Shown: positions 9,596 to 18,761 of the stretch, piece by piece
How the letters are laid out: the number at the start of each line of letters is the position of its first letter
Numbering within the stretch: the stretch's first letter is position 1
Origin: an uncultured Gemmatimonadales bacterium
GTDB lineage: Bacteria > Gemmatimonadota > Gemmatimonadetes > Gemmatimonadales > GWC2-71-9
Assembly: GCA_963795085.1 (NCBI GenBank)
Contig: CAWCFX010000004.1
Location: 192,001 to 256,000 of the forward strand
DNA length: 64,000 nucleotides
Reading direction: 5' to 3'
Program-made: the position numbers and the translations under genes
The notes under the pieces: model-generated
Told to the model about the DNA's origin: nothing
The model's input: only the letters and a program-made list of their open reading frames with translations
The model's database searches: none

Positions 9596-10780
9596 TCAGT
9601 TCCGGACCAGCTCCACCCGCCGGTTGGCCTGCCGCCCCTCGGGAGTGTCGTTGCCGGTCGCCGGCTTGGAGGCACCCAGGCCGACCGAGGCCAGGCGGGC
9701 CGATTCCACCTTGTATATGCTGACCAGGGCGGCCTTGACGGCGGCCGCCCGCTTCTCGGAGAGGGCCTGATTGGCGGCGGCGTTGCCGACGTTGTCGGTA
9801 TGCCCTTCGATTGTCAGGGTCAACTCAGGATGCTCGGTCAGCATCTGGGCGATTTCCTTGAGCGTGGGCGAGGACTCCGCCCGGATCTGGTCGGAACCGG
9901 TATCGAAATAGATGCCCTGGGTCGCTACCCGGCCGCTGGCCGCGAGCTCGTCATACAGTTTTTTGCCGCCGGCCATGATGCTGATGTTGCCGATGAAGAT
10001 GGGTTCGTTCTCCCGGCCGGCCGTCTCGATCGAAATGGTATTGGAACGCCCCAGGTCGGCGTTGGGAATGTTGGCGACCCTCGCGTCGTTCATGTACACC
10101 TTGACGTAGCGCCCGTCTGCCATGATCCGACCCCGCAACATCTCCCCCGGGCTCAAGGTGCGCGGGGTCAAGGCCTGCGTTTGATGGGTAGCCCCGAAGA
10201 CTCCGCCCTGGCCCTTGTCTCCATAAAGGCGGAACCGGACATCGTCCCCCGCACCGTCGGCAAACTTCAGGACCATCCAGATATTGGCATGCGGCAGAGT
10301 GGCGTCAAATTCAACGGTGAATCGTTCCGGAAGCTGTTCTGGCAAGGCGATGCTGAACTTGGCCGGATAGCTCGTAGCCCGGAGAAGGCGGATGCCCTGC
10401 CACTCTGCGACCTCCATGTTGCCGTCCCCGAACTCCAGTCGGCGCGGAAAGTCACCCACGTTGTCCCTGGTAAAGTCTTCCACGAACAATGGACGGGTCC
10501 CGGGGGTAAAGTCATAGTTGACCCAAGCCCCCTCCCCAACCCGTTCCTGGGAGGCGGGACCGGAGGCTGGCGCGTCGGTCTTGCTGGAGTCGATGACTAC
10601 CTGCTTGCCCTCGGCGCGGGCCCGCTCCTGGCATGCGGTATCGGCCAGGGCGCAGGTGATCCGTCCCTGTACGGCCTCCTGGGCTTTGCGGCGCAGGCCG
10701 CCCAGCTGGGCGGCAGCGGTGTCCGCCAGCAGGAACAGCAGGGTCGCCGAGCCGGCCGCGATCATAAGCGACTTTTTCAT
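9596..10780 (-). CDS. OmpA family protein (signal peptide, lectin-like middle domain, OmpA C-terminal domain)
   Basis: MKKSLMIAAG signal; IYFDTGS, IEGHTDNVG, NQALSEKRA, NRRVEL; start reassigned to ATG 10780. Confidence 0.9.
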   Translation of the reverse strand: MKKSLMIAAGSATLLFLLADTAAAQLGGLRRKAQEAVQGRITCALADTACQERARAEGKQVVIDSSKTDAPASGPASQERVGEGAWVNYDFTPGTRPLFVEDFTRDNVGDFPRRLEFGDGNMEVAEWQGIRLLRATSYPAKFSIALPEQLPERFTVEFDATLPHANIWMVLKFADGAGDDVRFRLYGDKGQGGVFGATHQTQALTPRTLSPGEMLRGRIMADGRYVKVYMNDARVANIPNADLGRSNTISIETAGRENEPIFIGNISIMAGGKKLYDELAASGRVATQGIYFDTGSDQIRAESSPTLKEIAQMLTEHPELTLTIEGHTDNVGNAAANQALSEKRAAAVKAALVSIYKVESARLASVGLGASKPATGNDTPEGRQANRRVELVRN

Positions 10781-11005
10781 ATGCCTCGGTCCTTCAAGGT
10801 GGATGGGGGGTTGGACGGCCGGCATGGCGGTTGGAACGCCAAGGGGCCGGACCACAAGATAAGGCAATTGCCGCCGGTGAGGTTACGGTCAGGTATGCCC
10901 TGACCCTCCGGTCAGGTTGCGCTGATCTCAACCTTGCTCCCGCGCCTGCCCGGGGTAATCTTACCCGGCCCCGTGTCACTTTTTCCGGCCACCCGGTCGC
11001 TCGAG

Positions 11006-11221
11006 ATGGCAGCAACTTCCAATAATCATCCGGCCTATCCCCGAACCTGGGAGAACGTGGCCCACCTGCGGGTGTTCCGGGCCGCCGCCGGCGACTGGGA
11101 CAAGGTGGTCGGCTGGCGATCCGACATGATCAAGCGGGGATGGCGCCTGCTGCGAGTTTCGACGGAAGCCGAGGAGATCGTGGCCGTCTTCGGCAAGACC
11201 AAGCTGGGGCCGGGCACCTGA
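11006..11221 (+). CDS. Small hypothetical protein (71 aa)
   Basis: MAATSNNHPAYPRTWENVAHLRVF...GWRLLRVSTEAEEIVAVFGKTK; protein-like composition, fills an intergenic gap. Confidence 0.65.
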   Translation: MAATSNNHPAYPRTWENVAHLRVFRAAAGDWDKVVGWRSDMIKRGWRLLRVSTEAEEIVAVFGKTKLGPGT

Positions 11222-11266
11222 GCCGGCTCCGTTGCCACGCATAACGACCCCAAAAAAGGCTTGACC

Positions 11267-12049
11267 ATGTCCGTGCGCACCTCGATGTATGCCGTTGTCT
11301 CGCTGGCGATGGCCGGCGGCTGGGTCGCCGATGCTCCCATCACCACGAAGTACCGGGTGGACACCCGGGTCGAGCAAGTCCTCGACCTCAGTTCCTTCGG
11401 CCAGGGGGAGCAGCGAACTACCCTGGGAATGGTCAATTTTCTCACCATTACCATGGACGACACCACAGGGGGGAGAACGGTTCACGTGGTGCTCGATTCC
11501 ATCGTGAAGTCCGACACCAACCCGATTCCGGTGCAGGCCTCGCTGGACAGCGCCCGCGGGCGCACCTGGCACGCGCTGATGGAACCCGGCGGGAAGCTGT
11601 CCAATCTTCGCCGGATGGATAGCACCAGCGGCGGCCAGGTGGGCGACCTGGTCACCAATTTCTTCCCCCGGGTCAAATCTGGAGCCAAGGTAGGCGACCA
11701 GTGGAGCGACACCACGGAAACCGACAGTGACCAGGAAGGCCAGTCGCTGACCACCCGAACCGTGACTAACTACAGTGTCACCGGGACGGAGACCATCAAC
11801 GGTTCGCGGGCCCTCAAGGTCGAGACCGCCTTCAGTCTGGCCCAGACCGGCGAAGTCGATCAGGCGGGTAACACCTTCGCGGTGGATGGGACCGGCACGG
11901 GGACGTCGACCTACTATGTGACCCAGGACGGCCGATACCTTGGCGGTACGACGACTACCACGGCGGATCTTCAGATCTCAGGAGCGCAGGTTCCGCAGCC
12001 GATCCCCGTGCAGGTCAAGAACACGGTGACCGTCAGCACGATACGGTAG
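11267..12049 (+). CDS. Secreted beta-rich hypothetical protein
   Basis: Signal peptide, Thr-rich beta strands, followed by a hairpin. Confidence 0.8.
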   Translation: MSVRTSMYAVVSLAMAGGWVADAPITTKYRVDTRVEQVLDLSSFGQGEQRTTLGMVNFLTITMDDTTGGRTVHVVLDSIVKSDTNPIPVQASLDSARGRTWHALMEPGGKLSNLRRMDSTSGGQVGDLVTNFFPRVKSGAKVGDQWSDTTETDSDQEGQSLTTRTVTNYSVTGTETINGSRALKVETAFSLAQTGEVDQAGNTFAVDGTGTGTSTYYVTQDGRYLGGTTTTTADLQISGAQVPQPIPVQVKNTVTVSTIR

Positions 12050-12072
12050 CAGCCCGGAGGGCGGCGTGCCGG

Positions 12073-12109
12073 AAGCGCGGCTCCCTGAAAAGCGGGGCCG
12101 CGCTTTCTC
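12073..12109 (+). terminator. Probable terminator
   Basis: AAGCGCGGCTCC...GGGGCCGCGCTT followed by TCTC. Confidence 0.55.
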
Positions 12110-12190
12110 GTTGTCCGGTGCGGCGCTACCTTGGAATAACCTTGGACGGGACCGGCCGGCCCGTCCGCCACCACGCGCCCCCCGTTGCCC

Positions 12191-13060
12191 ATGCCGTACC
12201 GCCGTGTCGTTCCGTGTTTTGCGCTGTTCATTCTCGCCAGTTGTTCTTCCGGCGGCGGCGGTAGCGCGCGGCCCGAATCGTCGGGGCATCCAGAGCCGGA
12301 AATCGGATCCCCCGGGGGCAAGCGGAGGGGAGCGGTGGAGTACGGGGAAATGCCCCGGGGCCGCTATCGGCTCGACAGCCGGGACAGCCTGGCGATGGAA
12401 ATGCCGGACGGATCCTTTCAGCGAACCGTAACGGTGAAATCCGCCTTCCTGACGCTGGGTCTCCGGTCCCAGGGCAGTTACTTCGCCGCCGACATCCGGC
12501 TGGACAGCATTGTGTTCGACCGGATCACCCCGCTCCAGCCGATGGCCGACAGTGCCCGCGACACCCGGTGGGTGGGGCGGATGGCCCTGACCGGGCGCTT
12601 CGATTCGCTGAGCACGGCGAAGCCCACGATGCTGGGCGAGCAGGTCCGCGCCATGCTCAACCGGCTGGTGCCGGTCCTGCCGGACTCGGGGGCGGCACCG
12701 GGGGAGCGCTGGACCGACAGTACCAGCGTACCATACAGGGTGATGGCGGGATTCGACGCGACTGAGGAGCGCCGGGCGGAGTTCCGCGCCGGCAAGTGGG
12801 AATCCTCCGGCGACACCAGCATGCTTCCGATCCAGAGCACGATGACCTACGCTGTCTCCGGCAGCGGCTCCGGGTTCGGGCAGGAGATTCAGATCGAGGG
12901 TGGCGGCCGGACCCGGGGCACTCATCGCCTGTCTGCCGCGGGCATCCTGCTGCGCGCCGAGGTAACCGATTCGGTCACGATGACGCTGACCGTTCCCGCC
13001 GTGGGACAGAGCGTGCCCGCGGTGGTGGTCACCACCTACAGCCTTACTCCGCTCTTCTGA
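12191..13060 (+). CDS. Hypothetical lipoprotein, probable paralog of the upstream gene
   Basis: Lipobox LASC; collinear motifs shared with 11267-12049. Confidence 0.75.
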   Translation: MPYRRVVPCFALFILASCSSGGGGSARPESSGHPEPEIGSPGGKRRGAVEYGEMPRGRYRLDSRDSLAMEMPDGSFQRTVTVKSAFLTLGLRSQGSYFAADIRLDSIVFDRITPLQPMADSARDTRWVGRMALTGRFDSLSTAKPTMLGEQVRAMLNRLVPVLPDSGAAPGERWTDSTSVPYRVMAGFDATEERRAEFRAGKWESSGDTSMLPIQSTMTYAVSGSGSGFGQEIQIEGGGRTRGTHRLSAAGILLRAEVTDSVTMTLTVPAVGQSVPAVVVTTYSLTPLF

Positions 13061-13953
13061 AGTATCCCACCGGCTGGAAACAGCCCGGGCGGGCGCTCGC
13101 GCTCGCCCTCCGCGCCATGGTCGGCGCCGGCGCGTTCTGGCTGCTCGGCGCCTGGCCTCCACCGGTCTGGTACGGATCCCACTGGCCCGCCGAGACCGCC
13201 TTCATGCAGATGCGGGGCGGCGAGGGACGCCGCTACCACCCGGTTCCGCTCGACTCCATACCGGAGCGGGCGCGGAAAGCGGTCACTATCGGTGAAGACG
13301 ACGATTTCTGGAATCATCGCGGCATTGACTGGAAGTCCCTCCGGCAGGCCCTGGGATACCGGCGGCGGGAATTCTCCTGGTCGTCACCACGCGACCGGGA
13401 GGAGCTGCTTCCCCTCCTGGCCCGGGCCTGGGAACGGCGGGACGCGCTGCGGGGCGCCAGCACCATCACGCAGCAACTGGCCAAGAATCTCTATCTATCG
13501 CCGTCGCGAAATCCGCTGCGAAAGGTCAAGGAAGCCTTCACGGCCTTCCGGCTGGAAGGCGCCCTGAGCAAGGAACGCATCCTGGCACTATACCTGAACG
13601 TTGTCGAACTGGGAGACGAAGTGTGGGGATTCGACGCGGCGAGCCAGGCATACTTCAAGCGGCCCGCCAGCCGCCTTTCGACCGAGCAGGGCGCGGCGCT
13701 CGCTGCAACGCTTCCCTTTCCCCGGTCATCCAACCCTGGCTACCGGCCGGGGCGAATGCGCTGGCGTCAACAGCTGATTCTGCGGAGACTGCGGGGAGAG
13801 AACGTGGAAGTGCCCCGCATTGAGGTAGAACCCTCGCCACTGCCGCCGCCGGCCGACAGCTTCGTTCCTATCATGCCCGATCCGGAACCGCCCGTGCTCC
13901 CCGTCGACACCGCGCCGAGCGCGCCGACGCCCGGAGACTCGGCCGTGCCTTAG
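13057..13953 (+). CDS. mtgA: Monofunctional peptidoglycan transglycosylase (start uncertain: CTG 13057 or ATG 13117)
   Basis: EDDDFWNHRGID, RGASTITQQLAKNLYL, RKVKE, KERILALYLN. Confidence 0.9.
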   Translation: MKYPTGWKQPGRALALALRAMVGAGAFWLLGAWPPPVWYGSHWPAETAFMQMRGGEGRRYHPVPLDSIPERARKAVTIGEDDDFWNHRGIDWKSLRQALGYRRREFSWSSPRDREELLPLLARAWERRDALRGASTITQQLAKNLYLSPSRNPLRKVKEAFTAFRLEGALSKERILALYLNVVELGDEVWGFDAASQAYFKRPASRLSTEQGAALAATLPFPRSSNPGYRPGRMRWRQQLILRRLRGENVEVPRIEVEPSPLPPPADSFVPIMPDPEPPVLPVDTAPSAPTPGDSAVP

Positions 13954-15017
13954 TTCACTGGCGGGGTGGATGCGGCCAGCCGGCGCGCGTCCCGCCGCAT
14001 CGCACGGTACTGCCGGAAGGTGACCATCCGCCGGCGATCCTCGTCCCAGAAGCGAAGCCGCAGGGTCTTGATGCTCTCCCGGAACGTCAAGGTCACCACG
14101 TTCTGGAACATCGGGTTCTCGGCATGGCACTTTTCCAGCCGGTAATTCGGGATCCGGGGGTTCAGATGGTGGACGTGATGGAAGCCGATGTTGCCGGTAA
14201 ACCACTGGAGGGGGCGCGACAGCTTGAAGTAGGAACTGCCCTCGACCGCGGCCGTGGCGTAGGACCACTCCCGCCGGGAGGCCCAGTAGGCATCATCGAA
14301 CTGGTGCTGAACATAAAACAGCCAGATGCCGGTAGCACCAGCCAGGAAAAAGACCGGCAGGTACACCATCACCACCGCCTTGAGCCCGATCAGGAGCGAG
14401 AAGAGGGAGACCAGGGCGACCAGCGTGATGTTGGTGGCTTGTACGCTCATGCGCTCCTTCCAGCCGGCGTCGGGACCCAGGGCCTGGAACCGCTGCTTCA
14501 GGGCCAGCCAGATGGGACCCAGCCCGAACATCACCACCGGGGACCGCCCGGTGAGGTAGCGGACCCGGCCCAGCCAGTTGAGGGCGAGGTACTCTCTGAC
14601 GGTCAGAGTGGTGATGTCGCCATGGCCGCGCTTGTCGAGATTGCCCGAGCTGGCGTGGTGTACGGCGTGGTCGTGCCGCCACTGCACATAGGGCGTCAGC
14701 GTGAGAACGCCGGTCACGAAACCGACCACGTCGTTCCAGCGGCGGGAAGGGAAGAAGGAGCCATGCCCGCAATCGTGCATGATGATAAAGGTCCGGACCA
14801 GGAAACCCGCGCAGGGAATGGCCAGGCCGAGGGTCAGCCAGTAGCTCACCGAAAGGGAGAAGTACATGGCGACCAGCAGGGCAACGAAGGGGACCAGGGT
14901 GTTGCCGAGCTGGAAGAGGCTCCGGCGGACATCGGGGGATTGGTAGCGGGCGACAACGGCTTTCCAGTCGTTGGCCGGGGACCCTGGCTGGAGTGCTGCT
15001 TGGGCGGTTTCTGTCAT
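13950..15017 (-). CDS. Membrane fatty acid desaturase
   Basis: His boxes HDCGH, HAVHH, HHVHH; start ATG 15017 (MTETAQ). Confidence 0.92.
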   Translation of the reverse strand: MTETAQAALQPGSPANDWKAVVARYQSPDVRRSLFQLGNTLVPFVALLVAMYFSLSVSYWLTLGLAIPCAGFLVRTFIIMHDCGHGSFFPSRRWNDVVGFVTGVLTLTPYVQWRHDHAVHHASSGNLDKRGHGDITTLTVREYLALNWLGRVRYLTGRSPVVMFGLGPIWLALKQRFQALGPDAGWKERMSVQATNITLVALVSLFSLLIGLKAVVMVYLPVFFLAGATGIWLFYVQHQFDDAYWASRREWSYATAAVEGSSYFKLSRPLQWFTGNIGFHHVHHLNPRIPNYRLEKCHAENPMFQNVVTLTFRESIKTLRLRFWDEDRRRMVTFRQYRAMRRDARRLAASTPPVN

Positions 15018-15145
15018 AGCGACCCCCTGGGGCTTTCTAACACGACGACCCTCCAGCGTCCTGCCGAGGGTCATCAGGGCATGGGGCCAAAGGGCCCCAG
15101 GTCGGAATATACCACCTTGCAGACCTGGTCGCCCGGTTGGGGGAC

Positions 15146-16258
15146 TCAGTCCACCAGCCGGAGGGGCATGACCAGGGTGAGATAACTCGCGGTGTCGTCC
15201 CACCCGACCGGTTCGCAGGTCGCCGCGCGCTCCGGCCCCTTGAAGGTCATCCGGACCTCGTCGGTGGGGATGTACTTGAGGATCTCGAGCAGGTACGCGG
15301 CGTTGAAGCCGATCTCCAGCGGGTCGCCCTCGTAGCTGACCGTGACCTCCTCCTGGGCCTCGCCCAGGTCGGGGGTCTGGACCGAGAGCTTGCAGGACCC
15401 GCTGGCGAACTGCATCCGGATCCGGTGGGTCTGGTCGCTGGCCACGATGCTCATGCGGCGGAGTGCGGAGGTGAGGGCCGACTTGTCCGCGGTGGCGGAC
15501 TTGTCGTTCTCCCGGGGAATCACCTGCTCGTAGTTCGGATAGGGTCCTTCGATGAGCCGGGTGTAGACCTGGGTCGTCGGCGACCGGAAGCCAAGATGGT
15601 TGTCGCTGCGGGCGATCTCCAATTCCTCTTCCGAGCCGAAGAGCCGGCGGATCTGCTCCAGCGCCTTGGGAGGCACGATCAGGTCGGCCTGTTTGCCGGC
15701 GGCGGCCTTGGCGGGAATGTCCATGCGGGCCAGCCGGTGGCCGTTGGTCGCCACCATCCGCATCCGCTCGGGGCGCAACTCCCAGAGGACACCGTTGAGA
15801 ATCGGACGGCTTTCCTCGGTGCTGGCGGCAAAGGCCACGTGCCCGATCAGCTTCTGGAGGTCGGTCGCCGAGCTCTTCCAGGCGTTGTCGAATTTCACGG
15901 CGGGGAAGGCCGGGAACTCTTCCCGCGGCAGCCCCAGCAGCCGGAACTTGGTACGGCCGCACTCGATGGTCATGCGCTGTTCGCCGGAGCCCGAAAAACG
16001 GATGGCCGCACTGGGCAGTTCCCGGACGATCTCGACCAGCTTCTTCGCCGGCAGGGTGATGGCACCTTCCTGGTCCACCGAGGCCGCAATGGTGGTGGAC
16101 ACGCCGATATCGAGATCCGTTCCGGAAAGCCGAAGACCGTCCTTGCTGGCTTCAACCAGGATGTTGGAGAGCACAGGTAGCGTCGTCTTGGTGGGTACGC
16201 TTGCCGCCACGGCAAGCAGGCCTTCCTGGAGCTGCTCTCGCGCAATGGTGAACTTCAT
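15146..16258 (-). CDS. dnaN: DNA polymerase III beta clamp
   Basis: MKFTI..., GTDLDIG, MVATNGHRLA, LIEGPYPNYEQVIP, IGFNAAYL, LVMPLR. Confidence 0.98.
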   Translation of the reverse strand: MKFTIAREQLQEGLLAVAASVPTKTTLPVLSNILVEASKDGLRLSGTDLDIGVSTTIAASVDQEGAITLPAKKLVEIVRELPSAAIRFSGSGEQRMTIECGRTKFRLLGLPREEFPAFPAVKFDNAWKSSATDLQKLIGHVAFAASTEESRPILNGVLWELRPERMRMVATNGHRLARMDIPAKAAAGKQADLIVPPKALEQIRRLFGSEEELEIARSDNHLGFRSPTTQVYTRLIEGPYPNYEQVIPRENDKSATADKSALTSALRRMSIVASDQTHRIRMQFASGSCKLSVQTPDLGEAQEEVTVSYEGDPLEIGFNAAYLLEILKYIPTDEVRMTFKGPERAATCEPVGWDDTASYLTLVMPLRLVD

Positions 16259-16279
16259 GCCACTCCCCGGTGAGGCTGG

Positions 16280-16460
16280 AATAAACTACTAAAACCCGGA
16301 TTAATAATACTAGAAGCAGTAGTAGAGGCTCTGGATATGTGGATGCCGCCTCCAAGTGCTGGCGGTGTCCGCCTTTCAGGCCTTCTGCCGCTGTTGACAT
16401 CGTGTGGGTGATGGGGAGAGGTGAGGAGTGTTCTCCCTGTTGTCCGCATTTCCCACACTA
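16280..16460. other. oriC: Chromosomal replication origin oriC (DnaA-trios plus DnaA-box arrays)
   Basis: dnaA-dnaN spacer; AT-rich TAA TAA TAC TAG AAG CAG TAG TAG (16302-16325) next to box-like TCTGGATAT/TGTGGATGC; further degenerate boxes 16392-16457. Confidence 0.85.
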
Positions 16461-16478
16461 CTGCATGTGTCCCGGCGA

Positions 16479-17873
16479 CTATTGTGCAAACAGCTCCTGG
16501 CGGGCCATCTCGATGCGCTCCCGGAGGCTGCGGTCGCGGGCGATCTGGCGCTGCACCTTGTCCACGCTGTGAATGACCGTGGAGTGATCCCGGCCGCCGA
16601 ACGCCTGGCCGATTTCGACCAACTGCATCTGGAGCAGGTCCCGCGCGAGGTACATGGCGATCTGGCGCGGGACTGTCAGGGTCTTGATGCGCGCCTTGGA
16701 GCGCAGCCCCTCCGGCGTTACGCCCCACCGGCGGGCAATCACTTCCTGGACCTTGTCGATCGTCGGGAGAGCCTTGTGGGCCGGCGTCCCGGCCTCCTCG
16801 CCGACTCTAATCTTATCGGACAGGGCGTCCCGGGCCAGTTCGATCGACACCTCCCGGTGCTTGAGCGAGGCGAAAAGCAGGAGCTTGATAATGCAGCCTT
16901 CGAGTTCCCGGACGTTGCTCCGCACGTGTTCGGCGATAAACCGCAGCACGTCGTCCGGAATGGTCAGCTCCAGGTGGTCCTGCTCCTGCTTCTTTCGGAG
17001 AATGGCGATCCGGTGTTCCAGGTCCGGCTGGCCGATGTCCGCCACCATGCCCCACTCGAAGCGGCTCACCAGCCGGGCTTCCAGGCCGGGGATCTCCTTG
17101 GGGGGCCGGTCGGAGGTCAGGACGATCTGCTTCTTGCCCTCATACAGAGCGTTAAATGTATGAAAGAACTCCTCCTGGGTCATTTCCTTGCCTTCCAGGA
17201 AATGCACGTCGTCCACCAGGAAGAGGCCCACATCGCTCCGGTAGCGGCGCCGAAACTCCGGCATGGTACGGCTGTGGATGCTTTCGATGACCTCGTTGAT
17301 GAACTGTTCCGCCCCCACGTACAACACCTGGGTGGACGGGTCCCGCTCGCAGACGGCGTGGGCAATGGCCTGCATGAGGTGGGTCTTGCCCAGGCCGGTG
17401 GCGCCGTAAATGAAGAGCGGGTTGTACGTCTTTCCGGGGGATTCCGCCACGGCATGGGCGGCGGCGGCGGCCAACTCGTTGGACTTGCCGATAACGAAGG
17501 TATCGAAGGTGTATCGCTCGTTGAGCGGTTGAGTGCTGCTGTTGCCGCCGGCCGGGGCCGCGGCCGGCGCGGCCGAGGCCTGGGGGGCCACGAAGAAATC
17601 CATCTGGGGCCGCCGCTGGCGGTCCTCCTGGACCTGGAAGACCACGGCGGTGGGCCGGCCCACGACCGGCTCAGCCAGGCGGGACAACAGGCTGGCATGC
17701 TTGGACTCGTTCCACTGCGCCGCGAAATGATCCGGGGCGCCCACGATCAGCCGGCCGTCGTCGAGGGCTATGGCCTCGGCGGGTTCAAGCCAGGTACGGA
17801 CCGTATGTTCCGGTAATTCGCGATGCGCCTCTTCGAGGATGCGCTTCCAAGCTTCTTTTGCGGACAGCTGCAT
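16479..17873 (-). CDS. dnaA: Chromosomal replication initiator DnaA
   Basis: YTFDTFVIG, YNPLFIYGATGLGKTHL, QEEFFHTFN, SNVRELEG, FGGRDHSTVIH. Confidence 0.99.
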   Translation of the reverse strand: MQLSAKEAWKRILEEAHRELPEHTVRTWLEPAEAIALDDGRLIVGAPDHFAAQWNESKHASLLSRLAEPVVGRPTAVVFQVQEDRQRRPQMDFFVAPQASAAPAAAPAGGNSSTQPLNERYTFDTFVIGKSNELAAAAAHAVAESPGKTYNPLFIYGATGLGKTHLMQAIAHAVCERDPSTQVLYVGAEQFINEVIESIHSRTMPEFRRRYRSDVGLFLVDDVHFLEGKEMTQEEFFHTFNALYEGKKQIVLTSDRPPKEIPGLEARLVSRFEWGMVADIGQPDLEHRIAILRKKQEQDHLELTIPDDVLRFIAEHVRSNVRELEGCIIKLLLFASLKHREVSIELARDALSDKIRVGEEAGTPAHKALPTIDKVQEVIARRWGVTPEGLRSKARIKTLTVPRQIAMYLARDLLQMQLVEIGQAFGGRDHSTVIHSVDKVQRQIARDRSLRERIEMARQELFAQ

Positions 17874-17927
17874 CAGGACTCAACAATCGGTGGGTGCTTT
17901 CAAGGGCAGACGATTGTACCGGGCAGA

Positions 17928-17970
17928 TGTGGAAAAGTCAACCTTGACCTAAAGGCATGGCTGTAGGTAG
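17928..17970 (+). promoter_or_regulatory. DnaA box and sigma70-like promoter in the dnaA/rpmH divergent spacer
   Basis: TGTGGAAAA (reverse TTTTCCACA) at 17928-17936; TTGACC followed by TAGCTT upstream of rpmH. Confidence 0.55.
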
Positions 17971-18003
17971 CTTCTCGGGCTCATTGGAGGATACAAGGAT
18001 CGC

Positions 18004-18165
18004 ATGAAACCGTCATACAGGCCGCGGAACCGGCGGCGAATCAACAAGCATGGATTCCGGGCCCGGATGGCCACCAGGTGGGGCCGCGAGGTCCTGTCCC
18101 GGCGCCGCAAGAAGGGCCGCAAGCGGTTGACCGTCTCCCTGCCGTCGAAGCACGGAGGGTCCTGA
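18004..18165 (+). CDS. rpmH: 50S ribosomal protein L34
   Basis: Not in the ORF track (53 aa): [44 protein letters not shown]...; GGAGG upstream. Confidence 0.97.
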   Translation: MKPSYRPRNRRRINKHGFRARMATRWGREVLSRRRKKGRKRLTVSLPSKHGGS

Positions 18166-18515
18166 CGCCGAGCGAGCGACTGGTGCGAGCCCGAAGGCTC
18201 GCCCGGAGCTCGGATATCCACCGCTGCCTCGCGGAGGGTAAGCGTCACCGCACGGCGCACTTAGAAGTCATCTGGGCCGAGAATGATACGGGCCACCCGC
18301 GGATGGGACTGATCGTTCCCCGGTTCCAGTCATCCGCAGTGGCCCGCAATCGTGTGCGGCGGCGCCTGCGGGAGGTATGGCGGCGGGAAATACAGGCCCG
18401 GCAGCCGGCCTGGGATCTGATCCTGCGGGCCCGGCCGGCCGCGTACCAGGCGACCTTTGCCGAATTGCGGGGAGAGTTACTGGCGTGGCGCGACCTGGTC
18501 ATCCCGTCCAGCTGA
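18162..18515 (+). CDS. rnpA: RNase P protein component (start uncertain, CTG 18162 or GTG 18183)
   Basis: RMGLIVPR...[16 protein letters not shown] motif; canonical position after rpmH. Confidence 0.92.
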   Translation: MTPSERLVRARRLARSSDIHRCLAEGKRHRTAHLEVIWAENDTGHPRMGLIVPRFQSSAVARNRVRRRLREVWRREIQARQPAWDLILRARPAAYQATFAELRGELLAWRDLVIPSS

Positions 18516-18748
18516 CCTTCCGCTGGATCGTCGCCCTGCCGCGTCGCGCGGTGGCGGGCCTGATCCGGGGATACCAGGTGGCCATTTCCCCGCTCTTGCC
18601 AGCAAGTTGCCGGTTTCACCCCTCATGCTCCCAGTACACCAGGGAAGCCGTGATCCGGTATGGCGTGTTCCGAGGCGGTTGGATGGGTTTGCGGCGTCTG
18701 GCGAGGTGTCACCCGTTTCACCCCGGTGGTTTTGATCCAGTTCCCTGA
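18485..18748 (+). CDS. yidD: Membrane protein insertion efficiency factor
   Basis: [22 protein letters not shown]...[14 protein letters not shown]. Confidence 0.95.
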   Translation: MARPGHPVQLTFRWIVALPRRAVAGLIRGYQVAISPLLPASCRFHPSCSQYTREAVIRYGVFRGGWMGLRRLARCHPFHPGGFDPVP

Positions 18749-18761
18749 TCCCTGATCGTCC

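Noticed and set aside
8839..9723. ORFs over 9050-9550
   Set aside because: The region is RNase P RNA and its terminator.
13950..15962. 670-aa desaturase with long N-terminal extension
   Set aside because: The extension overlaps dnaN in another frame and is low-complexity; the desaturase starts at 15017.
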